Assembly: GCA_964016885.1 (NCBI GenBank)
Contig: OZ024741.1
Span: 128,712,001-128,776,000, forward strand
DNA length: 64,000 bases
Source: Eledone cirrhosa
Lineage: Eukaryota
Direction of reading: 5' to 3'
The notes beneath the pieces are model-generated. The model saw only the letters and a program-made list of their open reading frames with translations. It was not told the DNA's origin and did no database searches. Below, one piece after another: positions 1 to 14,262 of this stretch. The position numbers were made by a program, and so were the translations under genes. Each line of letters starts with the position of its first letter. Position 1 is the stretch's first letter.

Positions 1-159
1 GCCGAATTCCCTAAAGCCACGCACCTTCACTTAACAACTATAATAACTACAACAACAACAAAAACAATAACTACAACAACAACAATAACTACAACAACAA
101 TAACTACACAAACACAACAGTAATTACACTAACAACAACAACAACAGCAGCAGTAATAA

Positions 160-590
160 TGGTTTCTTATATAGGCACAAGGCCAGCAATTTTTTTTGGG
201 GGGAAAGTCGATTAAATCGACCCCAGTGCGTTACTGGTACTTTATTTTATCGACCACGTAAGGATGAAAGGCAAAGCTAACCTCGGCGGGATTTGAACTC
301 AGATCATAAAGGGCCGTAACTCTATGCATCAAAGCATGGTGTCCGACCCTCTACCGATACTGCCAATCCACCACCCTACAACAATAGTAACAACAATAAT
401 TGTTTCTACTTTAGGCACAAGGCCAGCAATTATACCAGTACATTACTGGTACTTTATTTTATCGACCCCGTAAGGATGAAAGGCAAAGTTAACCTCGGCG
501 GGATTTGAACTCAGTCCGTAAAGGGACGTAACTGTGCTACAAAGCATGACGTCCGACCCTCTACCGATACTGCCAATCCACCGCCCTGCA
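160..590 (-). mobile_element. Two adjacent copies of tRNA-headed SINE family 1
   Basis: Minus strand reads TGGCAGTATCGG (A box-like), GTTCAAATCC (B box), then GCCTTTCATCCTTACG..GTCGATAAAATAAAGTACCAG. The same sequence recurs about 20 times in the window. Confidence 0.9.
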
Positions 591-884
591 AAAATAGTAA
601 CAACAATAATAACAACAATAATTACAACAACAACAAATATACAAACAACTGAACATCGTTTCATTAAGTCTTTCTTTTCGTTTCTTATTGTTATTTATGG
701 TTTCTTTTTATTTTTGATAGGGATATCACGAAGGATTCTATTTCATTCACTTATTTATTTCCTTCAGACCCCCCACCTCACTCCTCCACCTCCCCACAGG
801 GTTTGCGGTAGGGCACTGATTTAGGGCTGGACCAGCTGTTATCACAAAACTCAAAATGGCAGCGGCAAAAAAAGTAGTAGTTAT

Positions 885-887
885 TTC

Positions 888-983
<96 letters not shown>

Positions 984-1090
984 GGTAGTGGTAGTGGTAG
1001 TGGTAGTGGTGATGGTGGTGGTGGTAGAAAGTAGTAGTAGTAGTAGTAGTGCTAGTGGTGGTGGTAGTAGAAGTAGTAGTAGCAGCAACA
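885..1090. repeat. (GTA)n/(GTG)n trinucleotide microsatellite
   Basis: Direct reading; explains the poly-V/poly-T ORFs. Confidence 0.95.
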
Positions 1091-1195
1091 GTGGTTGTGG
1101 TGATTCTGGAGGTAGGGTGGCGGTGAGGGTACGTGATGCTTTGTTTCTATTTTCATAGCATCGCTTAACTACTACCACTACTACTACTACCACCA

Positions 1196-1345
1196 CCATA
1201 GAGTTACCTCCCTTTATGATCTGAGTTCAAATCCCGCCGAGGTTAACTTTGCCTTACATCCTTACAGGGTCGATAAAATAAAGTACCAAAGTACCAGTAA
1301 TACACTGGGGTAATTGTTGGCCTGGTGCCAAAAGTAGAAACAGTT
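1196..1345 (+). mobile_element. SINE family 1, partial
   Basis: GAGTTCAAATCCCGCCGAGGTTAACTTTGCC...GTCGATAAAATAAAGTACC. Confidence 0.85.
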
Positions 1346-1441
1346 ATTATTACCCAGTACATGACGTACTATCATTACTAATAACGATGTTATGATGGTG
1401 GCGGCGGCGGAAGCAGCAGCAGTAGCAGCAGCACGAGCAGC

Positions 1442-1472
<31 letters not shown>

Positions 1473-1836
1473 ATAGTAGTAGTAGTAGTAGTAGTAGTGA
1501 TGGGGGGGGTGAGATGGAGTTGGAAAGGGGAGTGTAAGGGTAAAGTGTGAGAATACTCGGTTATTATACCAATGATCAGTGGCTAGCTGTATTCTGAGGT
1601 CTTGGAGCAGAAGGAATCTGCCAGCGGTGGTTAGGAGAGGGTGAGAGATAGGGGATGAACCTTATATATTTGAACACGTACACATTCATACATACAACCA
1701 GACATACATACATACATACATATACAGACTGACATACATGCATAAATACATACATATATACACAAACACAGAGAGAGAGGGATCCATGCATATATACATA
1801 TAGACATACAATCACACAGACAAGCACACAGAAATG

Positions 1837-1873
<37 letters not shown>

Positions 1874-1984
1874 TTGATCAGAGTGTGGCTGATGAGGAAT
1901 ATAGATGCTTTTGTTCAGTATCTGTTTCTATTTATATGTCTGTGCGTAGGTTTTGTATCTGAGTATCTGAGTACGAATGATGTG

Positions 1985-2151
<167 letters not shown>

Positions 2152-2592
2152 AGGCTGATATATATATGCAAGGCTGGAAATGTTCTTTAAAGTTTTAATG
2201 GTGCAGAAACAATATACGTATTTCAATGACCTAGTTACATCATCCGATCATCCGATCATGATGCAAAACTTAAGCGATTTTATCAGGTGTGGATTACAAA
2301 ATTAGTTAATTGATAACAGGATTACGTCAAACACAAACAGAGGATTTAGAATAAATTTGATTCGGAGATGGCTCGCCAATTTGGTGTTAGTGTAATGGCG
2401 ACCCATCCCATATATAATAAAACACTACAAACACAGAGATACAAAAACAACTAGTCTTATTATGTTCAGGAGAGTACAATAGCTCAGAGATTAGAAAATA
2501 TATGTGCATCTGCATGTGTGACAGTAGTAGCATTCAGTGCTCGTATTGGTGCCGCCTACAGTAAGTAATAAACATTGCTAAATAACCTAAGC

Positions 2593-2669
<77 letters not shown>

Positions 2670-2804
2670 TAGAAAGTGAGGTTTTTTTTACAAAATGAAA
2701 AATAACCGAGGTGTCCTACACGAGTGAAAGTATAAAGAAAAAGAGATGAAATCGAAAATGCAACTGGAGTCTTATTTTTTTTTTAAATATATATTTATTT
2801 GGTT

Positions 2805-2842
2805 CCTTTACCGGTTTCGCAGTTCTTCTGCTTTTCAAAAGG
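2805..2842 (-). ncRNA. Minimal type I hammerhead ribozyme, U3-A8 variant (left arm)
   Basis: Reverse complement of 3653-3690. Confidence 0.7.
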
Positions 2843-3652
2843 TGAGTTGAGATGGAGGGTCTGTGGTTTTTCTCACATCTGGTTGGTCTCTGAATGTTAC
2901 TTGTTTTATATGGAAAAAGTGGCTCGAAATGCCAGGTTTTTCGAGAAGTAATTTGATTGGTTTGTCAATAATTATAATAAATTTCGCGCCAGTTCGCGTT
3001 ACAATAGTTCTTCAAATAAGAGGGGGGGTTGTCACAGGTTGTTTTTTCATATATGAGTGTTTGAATTTCTTTTTACTTGAAAAAAGGGGCTCACGAAGGC
3101 TTTTCTTTGGTTGGTTATAAATGAAATTATGACTGTTACGTGAACAAGTTTTCATTAAATTTTCGTGCCCTTATTTGGAAATCCATTCTGTAGCCTTTTT
3201 AGAGAATTTTATGATAAGTGAAAGATAATGGTCAAGAGAAAGGGATGGGAGAATTGTTCACTATCTTTCACTTATCATAAAATTCTCTAAAAAGGCTACA
3301 GAATGGATTTCCAAATAAGGGCACGAAAATTTAATGAAAACTTGTTCACGTGACAGCCATAATTTCATTTATAACCAACCAAAAAAAACCCTTCGTGAGC
3401 CCCTTTTTTCAAGTAAAAAGAAATTCAAACACTCATATATGAAAAAAACAACCTGTGACAAACCCCCCCCCCCTCTTATTTGAAGAACTATTGTAACGCG
3501 AACTGGCGCGAAATTTATTATAATTATTGACAAACCAATCAAATTACTTCTCGAAAAACCTGGCATTTCGAGCCACTTTTTCCATATAAAACAAGTAACA
3601 TTCAGAGACCAACCAAATGTGAGAAAAACTACAGACCCTCCATCTCAACTCA

Positions 3653-3690
3653 CCTTTTGAAAAGCAGAAGAACTGCGAAACCGGTAAAGG
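3653..3690 (+). ncRNA. Minimal type I hammerhead ribozyme, U3-A8 variant
   Basis: CCTT|TTGAAAA|GCAG-AAGAA-CTGC|GAAA|CCGG|TA|AAGG: stem I CCTT/AAGG, 4 bp stem II, palindromic stem III, GUA site after 3686. Confidence 0.75.
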
Positions 3691-3762
3691 AACCAAATAA
3701 ATATATATATTTTTAAAAAAAATAAGACTCCAGTTGCATTTTCGATTTCATCTCTTTTTCTT

Positions 3763-3850
<88 letters not shown>

Positions 3851-3904
3851 CATGTGCACGAAGCTCATCTATGCAGTTCCCCCCGTTTTCGCCTATAATA
3901 TTCC

Positions 3905-4047
3905 ACCAAATTTCACTCACATAGCATTGGTCAACGCAAAGCTACAGTAAAAGACACATGCCCACAATGGACCGCAGTGGGACTTAAGTCGAAATCACAT
4001 GGTCTGTTGTAGAGCTAACTTCTCAACAACTAATTTCTCTGCGCCTA
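3905..4047 (-). mobile_element. Degenerate tRNA-headed SINE (family 4)
   Basis: Minus strand AGGCGCAG...CCATGTGATTTCGACTTAAGTCCCACTGCG...GGGCATGTGTCTTTTACTGTAGC resembles an abundant octopus SINE head (recall, not a search). Confidence 0.55.
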
Positions 4048-4212
4048 TACATTTAATAAACATATATTTTGTATCTTTGGATAAACCACAGGAATTTCGG
4101 CAGTTGAGAGTGAGTATCGAGCAAATAGTTTCTTCATGGATTACTTACTTCACATTTTAGCTGCTCAAGTTAAGAAGGATCACTTATTTTACATTTTAAC
4201 TATAGAAAAATA

Positions 4213-4562
4213 TCTTCTTCTTCTTCTTCTTCTTCTTCTTCTTCTTCTTCTTCTTCTTCTTCTTCTTCTTCTTCTTCTTCTTCTTCTTCTTCTTCTTCTT
4301 CACCCACTTATTCCTGAGAGGGTCGTGGGGAAGACTCCTCAAACGCTCCTTCTAGCAGGTTGTGTCAGAAGCAACCGTCTCGAACTGATCTTGCTGGATC
4401 CCCAAGCGAGATCAGCCAAGCTCATGGATGATATCCAACCATCTTGCTCGGGGCCTACCCCTGGGTCTCCTGCCGATTAGTTTTGCCTGTAAAATCTCTC
4501 CAGCGAGTCTTTCTTGAGACATTCTTACCACATGCCCATAGTAACGTAGCTGTGATCTTGTA
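4213..4562 (-). mobile_element. RTE-clade LINE 3' fragment with (AAG)n tail
   Basis: Minus strand translates RSQLRYYGHVVRMSQERLAGEILQAKLIGRRPRGRP, a typical RTE ORF C-terminus, and runs into the (CTT)n tract at 4213-4300. Confidence 0.8.
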
Positions 4563-4657
4563 AACAAATTTACATAAGAGACAATTAATGGTGGGGATTT
4601 AATAACACATGTAATAAAGCTACGTGCTTAGTAATACTATTTGCATCATTACATAAA

Positions 4658-5197
4658 CTAGCAGAAAAACCACCCTTTGGGTGGTTTTCTGCTAGCATGT
4701 GTAGTGTGCATACTGATATTATATGCAAATATACATGCATGTAGATATGATATGTCAAATAAAATCATAATTGACAATATGCACAGAAATTGAAGAGAGG
4801 CTGTGTTACACTCTCTTCTGTAATCAGTAAAGTAATCCATGATACATTTAAAAAAGACGATATTATATATAAACTGCATTACGGTGAAAGGTAATGAAAC
4901 CTAATATAACGATGCAAATATATGGATGTTTATATAAGCAATGTAATAAGTGTTATGATATAACGGACGCTAACCGGAAGTGTAGACATTTGAAAATTTT
5001 AAAAGAAGTGAATCTTAAAATAAGCAATCATTATATATAAGAATATTTATGTTTAATCAACAGCTACGAAATGTAGTAGATAAATTATGTAATATTCATT
5101 CATTATTTATTCAAAGTAATCTAACTTATTTTACTAACAGGATAAAAAAATATATTCGGGACGCAATCCCGCACTCCTCCCTTTATTATAGTTATGA
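4658..5197 (-). mobile_element. Non-autonomous Helitron family H1
   Basis: Minus strand starts A|TCATAACTATAATAAAG and ends with hairpin CCACCC-AAA-GGGTGG then CTAG|T. Homologous copy at 57280-58646. Confidence 0.8.
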
Positions 5198-5269
5198 TTA
5201 CTGTGAATATTTTGTTTGTTTTCTATTAGAAGAAATGTTCTTCTTAATATTGGATGTAAGTGGGTGTGT

Positions 5270-5596
5270 TGGACTTCGGTCGATACCGACGATGATTGTT
5301 ACAGTTGATTCGAAATATTGGAACAGCCTGTTCGTGAAATTAAGTGCATGTAGCTAAGCATTCTATAGACGCACACGCCCTTAACACAGTTCTCAGGAAG
5401 ATTCAGCGTGATACAGTATGTGTGACAAGGTCGGCACTTTGAATTACATGTACAACTCATTTCTGCCAACTGAGTTGACTGGAGCAAAGTGAAATAAAAG
5501 CTCTTGCTTAAGGACACAACACGCTGCCCGGAATTGAACTTACAACCTTACAAACGTGAAACCAACCACCCTAACCACTAAACCACACACCTTCAC
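5270..5596 (-). mobile_element. SINE family 2 (tRNA head plus CORE-like domain)
   Basis: Minus strand GAAGGTGTGTGGTTTAGTGGTTAGG...GTTCAATTCC...TGTGTCCTTAAGCAAGAGCTTTTATTTCAC. Homologues at 16582, 37495 and 45975. Confidence 0.8.
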
Positions 5597-5823
5597 AGGA
5601 TGTTAGTTGTTGAAGTTAATCAAGCTTTAAGAAAAGGAAAACTAGTTGAAACTATTCTGGTTCGTAGTTACTGAGTTACAGTTACACTAAACATATGTAT
5701 GTTTAGTAAACATTTTGTATTAATTTGATTTCTGTATACACACATATACACATTCATATAAACACACGCGTGTCTGTATGTGTGTGTGTGTGCGTGCAAG
5801 TGGGGGAGTGGCGTAAAAGCTTA

Positions 5824-5867
5824 CTAACCCTAACCTCAACCTTAACCCTAAATCTAACCCTAACCCT
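5824..5867. repeat. Short degenerate (CCCTAA)n telomere-like tract
   Basis: CTAACCCTAACCTCAACCTTAACCCTAAATCTAACCCTAACCCTAA. Confidence 0.7.
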
Positions 5868-6039
5868 AAAAATGTAAACCCAGAGAGAGAAACAAGAATG
5901 CTCGATTGTTTAACCCTTCAGACACCCTTGGCTCTATGATTACAAAGCAATTTATTTCAAAGTGTTTATATTTATTCGAAAATTTTCCTTAGTAATATTT
6001 GTAAGAACTTTTGTGAAGTTATGTTCCACATTAATAATG

Positions 6040-6805
6040 AGTATAGGCATAAGGTCGACAATTTTTTTTTTTTTTTTTGGGGGGGGGGGTCGATTGAATG
6101 ACCGCCGAGGTTAACTTTGCCTTTCATCCTTACGGGGTCGATAAAATAAAGTACCAGTAATGTACTGGGGTAATTGCTGGCCTTGTGCCTAAAATAGAAA
6201 CAATTATTTTATCGACACCGTAAGAATGAAGGGCAAAGTTAACCTCGGTGCCATTTGAAATCAGAACGTAAAAGGCCGTAACTCTGTGCTGAAAGCATGT
6301 TGTCAGACGCTCTACCGATACTGCCAATCCACCACCCTTGTGTTTCAAATTAATAATGATTTCTACTTTAGGCACAAGGCCAGTAATTTTGAGGGGTGAG
6401 AGGAAAGTTGATTAAATCGACCCCAGTGCATTACTGGTACTTTATTTTATCGACCCCGTAAGAATGAAAGGCAAAGCTAACTTTAGTGGGATTTGAAATC
6501 AGAATATTAAGGGTCGTAACTCTATGCCACGATGCATGGTGTCCGACGCTCTACCGATACTGCCAATCCACCGCCTAAACGTTCCATATTAATAATGACA
6601 ATGTTAGTTATATTACGAAACCCTTGAAATTTTTATATTTAAAAAAAAATATTTCAAAACCATAGTCAGTGTCTTTCACTAGAACTGAGTTCAAATCCCG
6701 CCGAGGTTAGCTTTGCTTGATAATATAAAGCACCAGTAATGCTCTGGGGTCGATTGACTTTCCCCTCTCCCCAAATTGCTGGCCTTGTGTCTATAGTAGA
6801 AATAT
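6040..6805. mobile_element. Cluster of SINE family 1 pieces in both orientations
   Basis: Plus piece ~6102-6205, minus copies ~6205-6338 and ~6360-6576, plus piece ~6685-6805. Confidence 0.85.
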
Positions 6806-7349
6806 TATAATGAAAGGGTTTAGTTATGAGAAAGGAAGTTGAATTAATTACTAAATGCCTCTAAATTCTTGATTATTTAAAAAACTATTTGAAAATCATA
6901 GGTATTTTTTTTTTCATTAGAAATATGGTAATGAAAAGGTTAAAGAGAATTTCAAAATGTATTCAGTAAAGCCGAAACTTCAAATTTCGTTACTCCGAAT
7001 TTCACGTCTTCGATCTTCGGACAAATTTTGAAAAAAAAACAAAAATATATAGAAAACAATGAAACAGGAGGCAGTTAATATGAATTTCCTCATGGAGGAA
7101 ACAAAAAGAGATTTTCCCAATGGTAGCAGGTGTGAAAATATAATAATAAAAATATTTAATATAAATATATAAATAGGTAGATAGATACTGGTAGGTGTTT
7201 ATATTTGAGTAGATTACTGTAAAAATATTAAAATATTAAAGGAGGAAATAAAACGATGTGAGAAATATAAGAAATAAAGAAAAGAAAACTTAGAAGGGGA
7301 GAAAGATATCTTTTGAGTTTATATACTCCTAGGATACATCTCAATCATT

Positions 7350-10330
<2,981 letters not shown>

Positions 10331-10479
10331 TCACCATCGTTTAACGTCCATGTGTGTGTGTGTGTGCGTATAAAGTGCGGGGTACACTTTATTAAACATG
10401 TGCTCTCTTTGTTTAAAATTCCCAGCAGTGGTAGGGACCCAAATATGTAATATGTAATGATGTTAGTAAGTGCTGTATA

Positions 10480-11760
10480 GTTGTTGTTGTGGGGTGGAGG
10501 GGTGGTGGCGGTGCTTTTCCTAGAGGTGGGGAATCTGGTGGTGTTTGTTGTGGTTGTTGTTGTTGTTGTGGCGGTGGGGGTTTTCGTAGTGGTGGTTCTG
10601 CTGGGGAATCTGGTGGTGTTTGTAGTGATGGTTGTTGTTGTTGTTGTGGTGGTGGTGGTGGTGGTGGTGGTGGTGGTTTTCGTAATGGTAGTTCTGGTGG
10701 GGAATCTGGTGGTGTTTGTAGTGATGGTTGTTGTTGTTGTGGTGGTGGTGGTGGTGGTGGTGGTGGTGGTGGTGGTGGTGGTGTTGGTGGTGGTTTTCGT
10801 AATGGTAGTTCTGCTGGGGAATCTGGTGGTGTTTGTAGAGATGGTTGTTGTTGTTGTTGTTGTTGTTGTTGTGGTGGTGGTGGTGGTGGTGGTGGAGACT
10901 TGGTGGTTGTAATGGTAGTTGTGGTGTTGGTGGTGGTGGTGGAGACTTGGTGGTTGTAATGGTAGTTGTGGTGGTGGTGGTGGTGGTGGAGACTTGGTGG
11001 TTGTAATGGTAGTTGTGGTGGTGGTGGTGGTGGTGGTGGAGACTGGTGGCTGTAATGGTAGTAGTGGTAGTTCTGGTGGTGGTGGAGACTTGGTGGTTGT
11101 GATGGTAGTGGTGGTGGTAGTGGTGGTGGTGGTGGTGGTGGAGGAGGCTATGCTGGTGGTTGTGATTGTAGTAGTGGTAGTTGTGGTGGTGGTGGCGTTG
11201 GTGGTGATGGTGGTGGTGGTGGAGATTGGTGGTTCTAATGGTAGTAGTGGTAGTGGTGGTGGAGACTGGTAGCTGTAATGGTAGTAGTGGTAGTTGTGGT
11301 GGTGGTGGTGGTGGTGGTGGAGACTTGGTGGTTGTGATAGTAGTAGTGGTGGTGGTGGTGGTGGAGGAGCCTATGCTGGTGGTTGTGACGGTAGTAGTGG
11401 TGGTTGTGATTGTAGTAGTGGTAGTTGTAGTGGTGGGGGTGATGGTGGTGGTGGTGGTGGTGGAGGCTATGCTTGTGGTTGTAATGGTAGTAGTGGTAGT
11501 TGTGGTGGTGGTGGTGGTGGTGGTGGTGGTGGTGGTGGTGGAGGCTATGCTGGTAGTGGTGGAGGCTATGCTGGTGGTTGTGATGGCGGTAGTGGTAGTT
11601 GTAGTGGTGGTGGTTGTGATTGTAGTAGTGGTAGTTGTGGTGGTGGTGGTGGTGGTGGTGGAGGCTGGTGGTTGTAGTGGTAGTTGTAGTGGTGGTGGTG
11701 GTTGTGATTGTAGTAGTAGTAGTAGTAGTTGTGGTGGTGGTAGAAGTAACGGTGTTGGGA
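10480..11760. repeat. (GGT)n-based minisatellite array with several anchor motifs
   Basis: Repeated anchors GGGGAATCTGGTGGTGTTTG, GGAGACTTGGTGGTTGTAATGG and GGAGGCTATGCTGG between variable (GGT)n runs. The 8-nt GGAGACTT anchor shifts frame at each unit. Confidence 0.85.
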
Positions 11761-13010
11761 ACACGCCGTGTAGGCGCTTGCCTGCCTGGTGAGGTGGTAA
11801 TTATGTGTGGTGGGTCGGAGTAATATGGTGTCAGGGTGGTCGGGATTGTAGTTGATGGTAGTAATAGTATTGGCGGGGTGTGTTTGGAGGTGTTCTGAGT
11901 AAGTGTTGTTCTAGGTGGTGTGGTAGAACGGATGATAATGATGACGATGCCGCGATGGTGGGGGTGGGGTAGACGTAATGGTAATGGTAGACACAGAAAC
12001 GTCGGTGGTTGTTGGGCCTGGGGAGGTGGTGGCGGTTTTGGTGATGTTGGGGGTGATGGCGCTTTGGTCGTGGGGTGTGATAATGTTGGCAGTGGTTGTG
12101 GGGTTGGCGGTTTTAGTGGTGGTGGTGGTGGTGATGGAACGGCGCTGGTAACAGTAGTAGATGGTGGTGGTGATGGAGGTGATGGTGGTGGCGTTGAAAC
12201 GGCGCTGGTAACAGTAGAAGATGGTGGTGGTGATGGAGGTGGTGATGGTGGTGGTGTTGGAACGGCGTTGGTAACAGTAGTAGATGGTGGTGGTGATGGT
12301 GATGGTGGTGATGGTGATGGCGTTGGAACGGCGCTGGTAACAGTAGTACATGGTGGTGGTGGTGGTGATGGTGGTGATGGTGGTGATGGTGATGGCGTTG
12401 GAACGGCGCTGGTAACAGTAGTACATGGTGGTGGTGGTGGTGATGGTGGTGATGGTGGTGATGGTGATGGCGTTGGAACGGCGCTGGTAACAGTAGTACA
12501 TGGTGGTGGTGGTGGTGATGGTGGTGATGGTGGTGATGGTGATGGCGTTGGAACGGCGCTGGTAACAGTAGTACATGGTGGTGGTGGTGGTGATGGTGAT
12601 GGCGTTGGAACGGCGCTGGTAACAGTAGTACATGGTGGTGGTGATGGTGGTGGCGTTGGAACGGCGCTGGTAACAGTAGTAGATGGTGGTGGTGATGGTG
12701 GTGTTGATGGAGGTGATAGTGGTGGTGTTGGAACGGCGCTGGTAACAGTAGTAGATGGTGGTGGTGGTGGTGGTGGTGGTGGTGGAGGTGATGGTGGTGG
12801 TGTTGGAACGGCGCTGGTAACAGTAGTAGATGGTGGTGGTGATGGTGGTGGTGATGGAGGTGATGGTGGTGGTGTTGGAACGGCGCTGGTAACAGTAGTA
12901 GATGGTGGTGGTGATGGTGGTGGTGATGGAGGTGATGGTGGTGGTGTTGGAACGGCGCTGGTAACAGTAGTAGATGGAGGTGGTGGAGGTGATGGTGGTG
13001 GGGTAGTCAT
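11235..13010 (-). CDS. Possible Pro/Thr/Ser-rich (mucin/extensin-like) coding segment; unproven
   Basis: 591 aa ORF with STTVTSAVPTPPPSPP repeats and a minus-strand AATAAA at 10388-10393. However, open frames are expected in any GGT-based repeat and both strands are open. Confidence 0.2.
   Translation of the reverse strand: MTTPPPSPPPPPSTTVTSAVPTPPPSPPSPPPSPPPSTTVTSAVPTPPPSPPSPPPSPPPSTTVTSAVPTPPPSPPPPPPPPPPPSTTVTSAVPTPPLSPPSTPPSPPPSTTVTSAVPTPPPSPPPCTTVTSAVPTPSPSPPPPPCTTVTSAVPTPSPSPPSPPSPPPPPCTTVTSAVPTPSPSPPSPPSPPPPPCTTVTSAVPTPSPSPPSPPSPPPPPCTTVTSAVPTPSPSPPSPSPPPSTTVTNAVPTPPPSPPPSPPPSSTVTSAVSTPPPSPPSPPPSTTVTSAVPSPPPPPLKPPTPQPLPTLSHPTTKAPSPPTSPKPPPPPQAQQPPTFLCLPLPLRLPHPHHRGIVIIIIRSTTPPRTTLTQNTSKHTPPILLLPSTTIPTTLTPYYSDPPHIITTSPGRQAPTRRVPNTVTSTTTTTTTTTTTITTTTTTTTTTTTTSLHHHHHHHHNYHYYNHNHHHYNYHYRHHNHQHSLHHYQHSLHHHHHHHHHHHHHNYHYYHYNHKHSLHHHHHHHHPHHYNYHYYNHNHHYYRHNHQHRLLHHHHHHYYYHNHQVSTTTTTTTTTTTTTITATSLHHHYHYYH
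12120..13005. repeat. Minisatellite, about 15 units of GTTGGAACGGCGCTGGTAACAGTAGTA plus (GGT/GAT)n
   Basis: Constant 27-nt anchor with variable trinucleotide spacer. Confidence 0.9.
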
Positions 13011-13170
13011 TAAGGTGTGTGGTTGGTACCAAAATTCATTGATGTTTCACCTCCCTCATCCCTTACCCACTCTATTTATTCCAGATTGCCAAAAACCCAT
13101 TCCTCCCTCTCACTATATATGCACCACATACATACACATACATATATACACACATACAAAAACCATATGA

Positions 13171-13224
<54 letters not shown>

Positions 13225-13249
13225 ATATATATATATATATATATATGTA

Positions 13250-13325
<76 letters not shown>

Positions 13326-13415
13326 ATATGCATATATATACATATATGTATATATATATATGTATATATATATGCATATATATGTATGTATATATATACA
13401 TATATACATATATAC

Positions 13416-13464
<49 letters not shown>

Positions 13465-13708
13465 ATATGATATATAAATATATATTTAATTATACGAACA
13501 CTATATATATATATATATATATATATTGTGTGTGTACCCACCTATATAGATATATAGGTATACGTATATGCTTATATATACATAAATAAGCACACAATAT
13601 ATATGTATGTAAATATTCACGTACACATTCTAACACATGTATGTAATTATAGACACACTCATGTGAAAAGATCTAACACACACACACACACGCACACACA
13701 TACACACA

Positions 13709-13740
<32 letters not shown>

Positions 13741-14102
13741 TTCACACACACTAACGCACACACACACATAATCATCGTTACATATAAAATACAGCAGGAT
13801 ATTATTAAATCCTGACCGCCTTCCACCCGACCCCGACCCTCATTCCCACCTATACTACTATGGGTGGGGAGACGCAATGTGTCGCCGATGAGGCGAGGAA
13901 ATGCTGTGTTTTAACAACACCACTAAGGTAGTATGAGGCGAGGTTTGGTTGTGGAGCAAATAAGAAGTAATTTGTATAGGAGTATAAGAGAAAACGTGTT
14001 TTGTAGTGGGAGTAGGCTTGGTAGGTTGGTGGGCTGCGGACCAAACACCTCCGCTCCGCAACTGCGCCATCATCGGTTTTGATTTGTTCTCTGTATGAGA
14101 GT

Positions 14103-14262
14103 GTAGGTGGCGAATTGGCAGAGTCGTTAGAACGTCGGATAGAATGGTTTATGGTATTCGTTCCGGCTCTCTGCTCTCGGAGTTCAAATCCCACCGAGGT
14201 CAACTTTAGCTTTCATCCTTTCGTGGTCGATAAAATAATTACTAGTCTAGTACTGGAGTGGA
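14103..14262 (+). mobile_element. SINE family 1-related, diverged
   Basis: GGTGGCGAATTGGCAGAGTCGTTAG...GAGTTCAAATCCCACCGAGGTCAACTTTAGCTTTCATCCTTTCGTGGTCGATAAAATA. Confidence 0.8.

Larger units (their letters stand above)
2669..3766. mobile_element. Fold-back PLE-derived element, family A (about 500 bp arms)
   Basis: Arms ~2731-3227 and ~3262-3766 are reverse complements with a 34 bp spacer. An unpaired ~62 bp tail lies at 2669-2730. (TA)n on both sides; HHR in each arm. Confidence 0.85.

Noticed and set aside
1885-1930. CTGATGAG as a hammerhead core
   Set aside because: No stem II followed by GAAA downstream.
2863-3566. Two near-identical ORFs on opposite strands (MPGFSRSNL...)
   Set aside because: A consequence of the inverted repeat; antisense to the HHR strand and with no recognisable domain.
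2731-3766. All long palindromes being sequencing or assembly fold-back artefacts
   Set aside because: Arms differ by multiple substitutions, and three independent copies share element-defined outer ends and an asymmetric tail. Artefact remains possible only for the perfect ones such as 27888-28011.
5824-5867. Telomere or chromosome-fusion site
   Set aside because: Only ~7 degenerate units; such tracts are common inside repeats.
12120-13005. CRISPR-like array (constant 27 bp repeat with variable spacers)
   Set aside because: Spacers are GGT/GAT runs rather than unique sequence; eukaryotic context; no cas genes.
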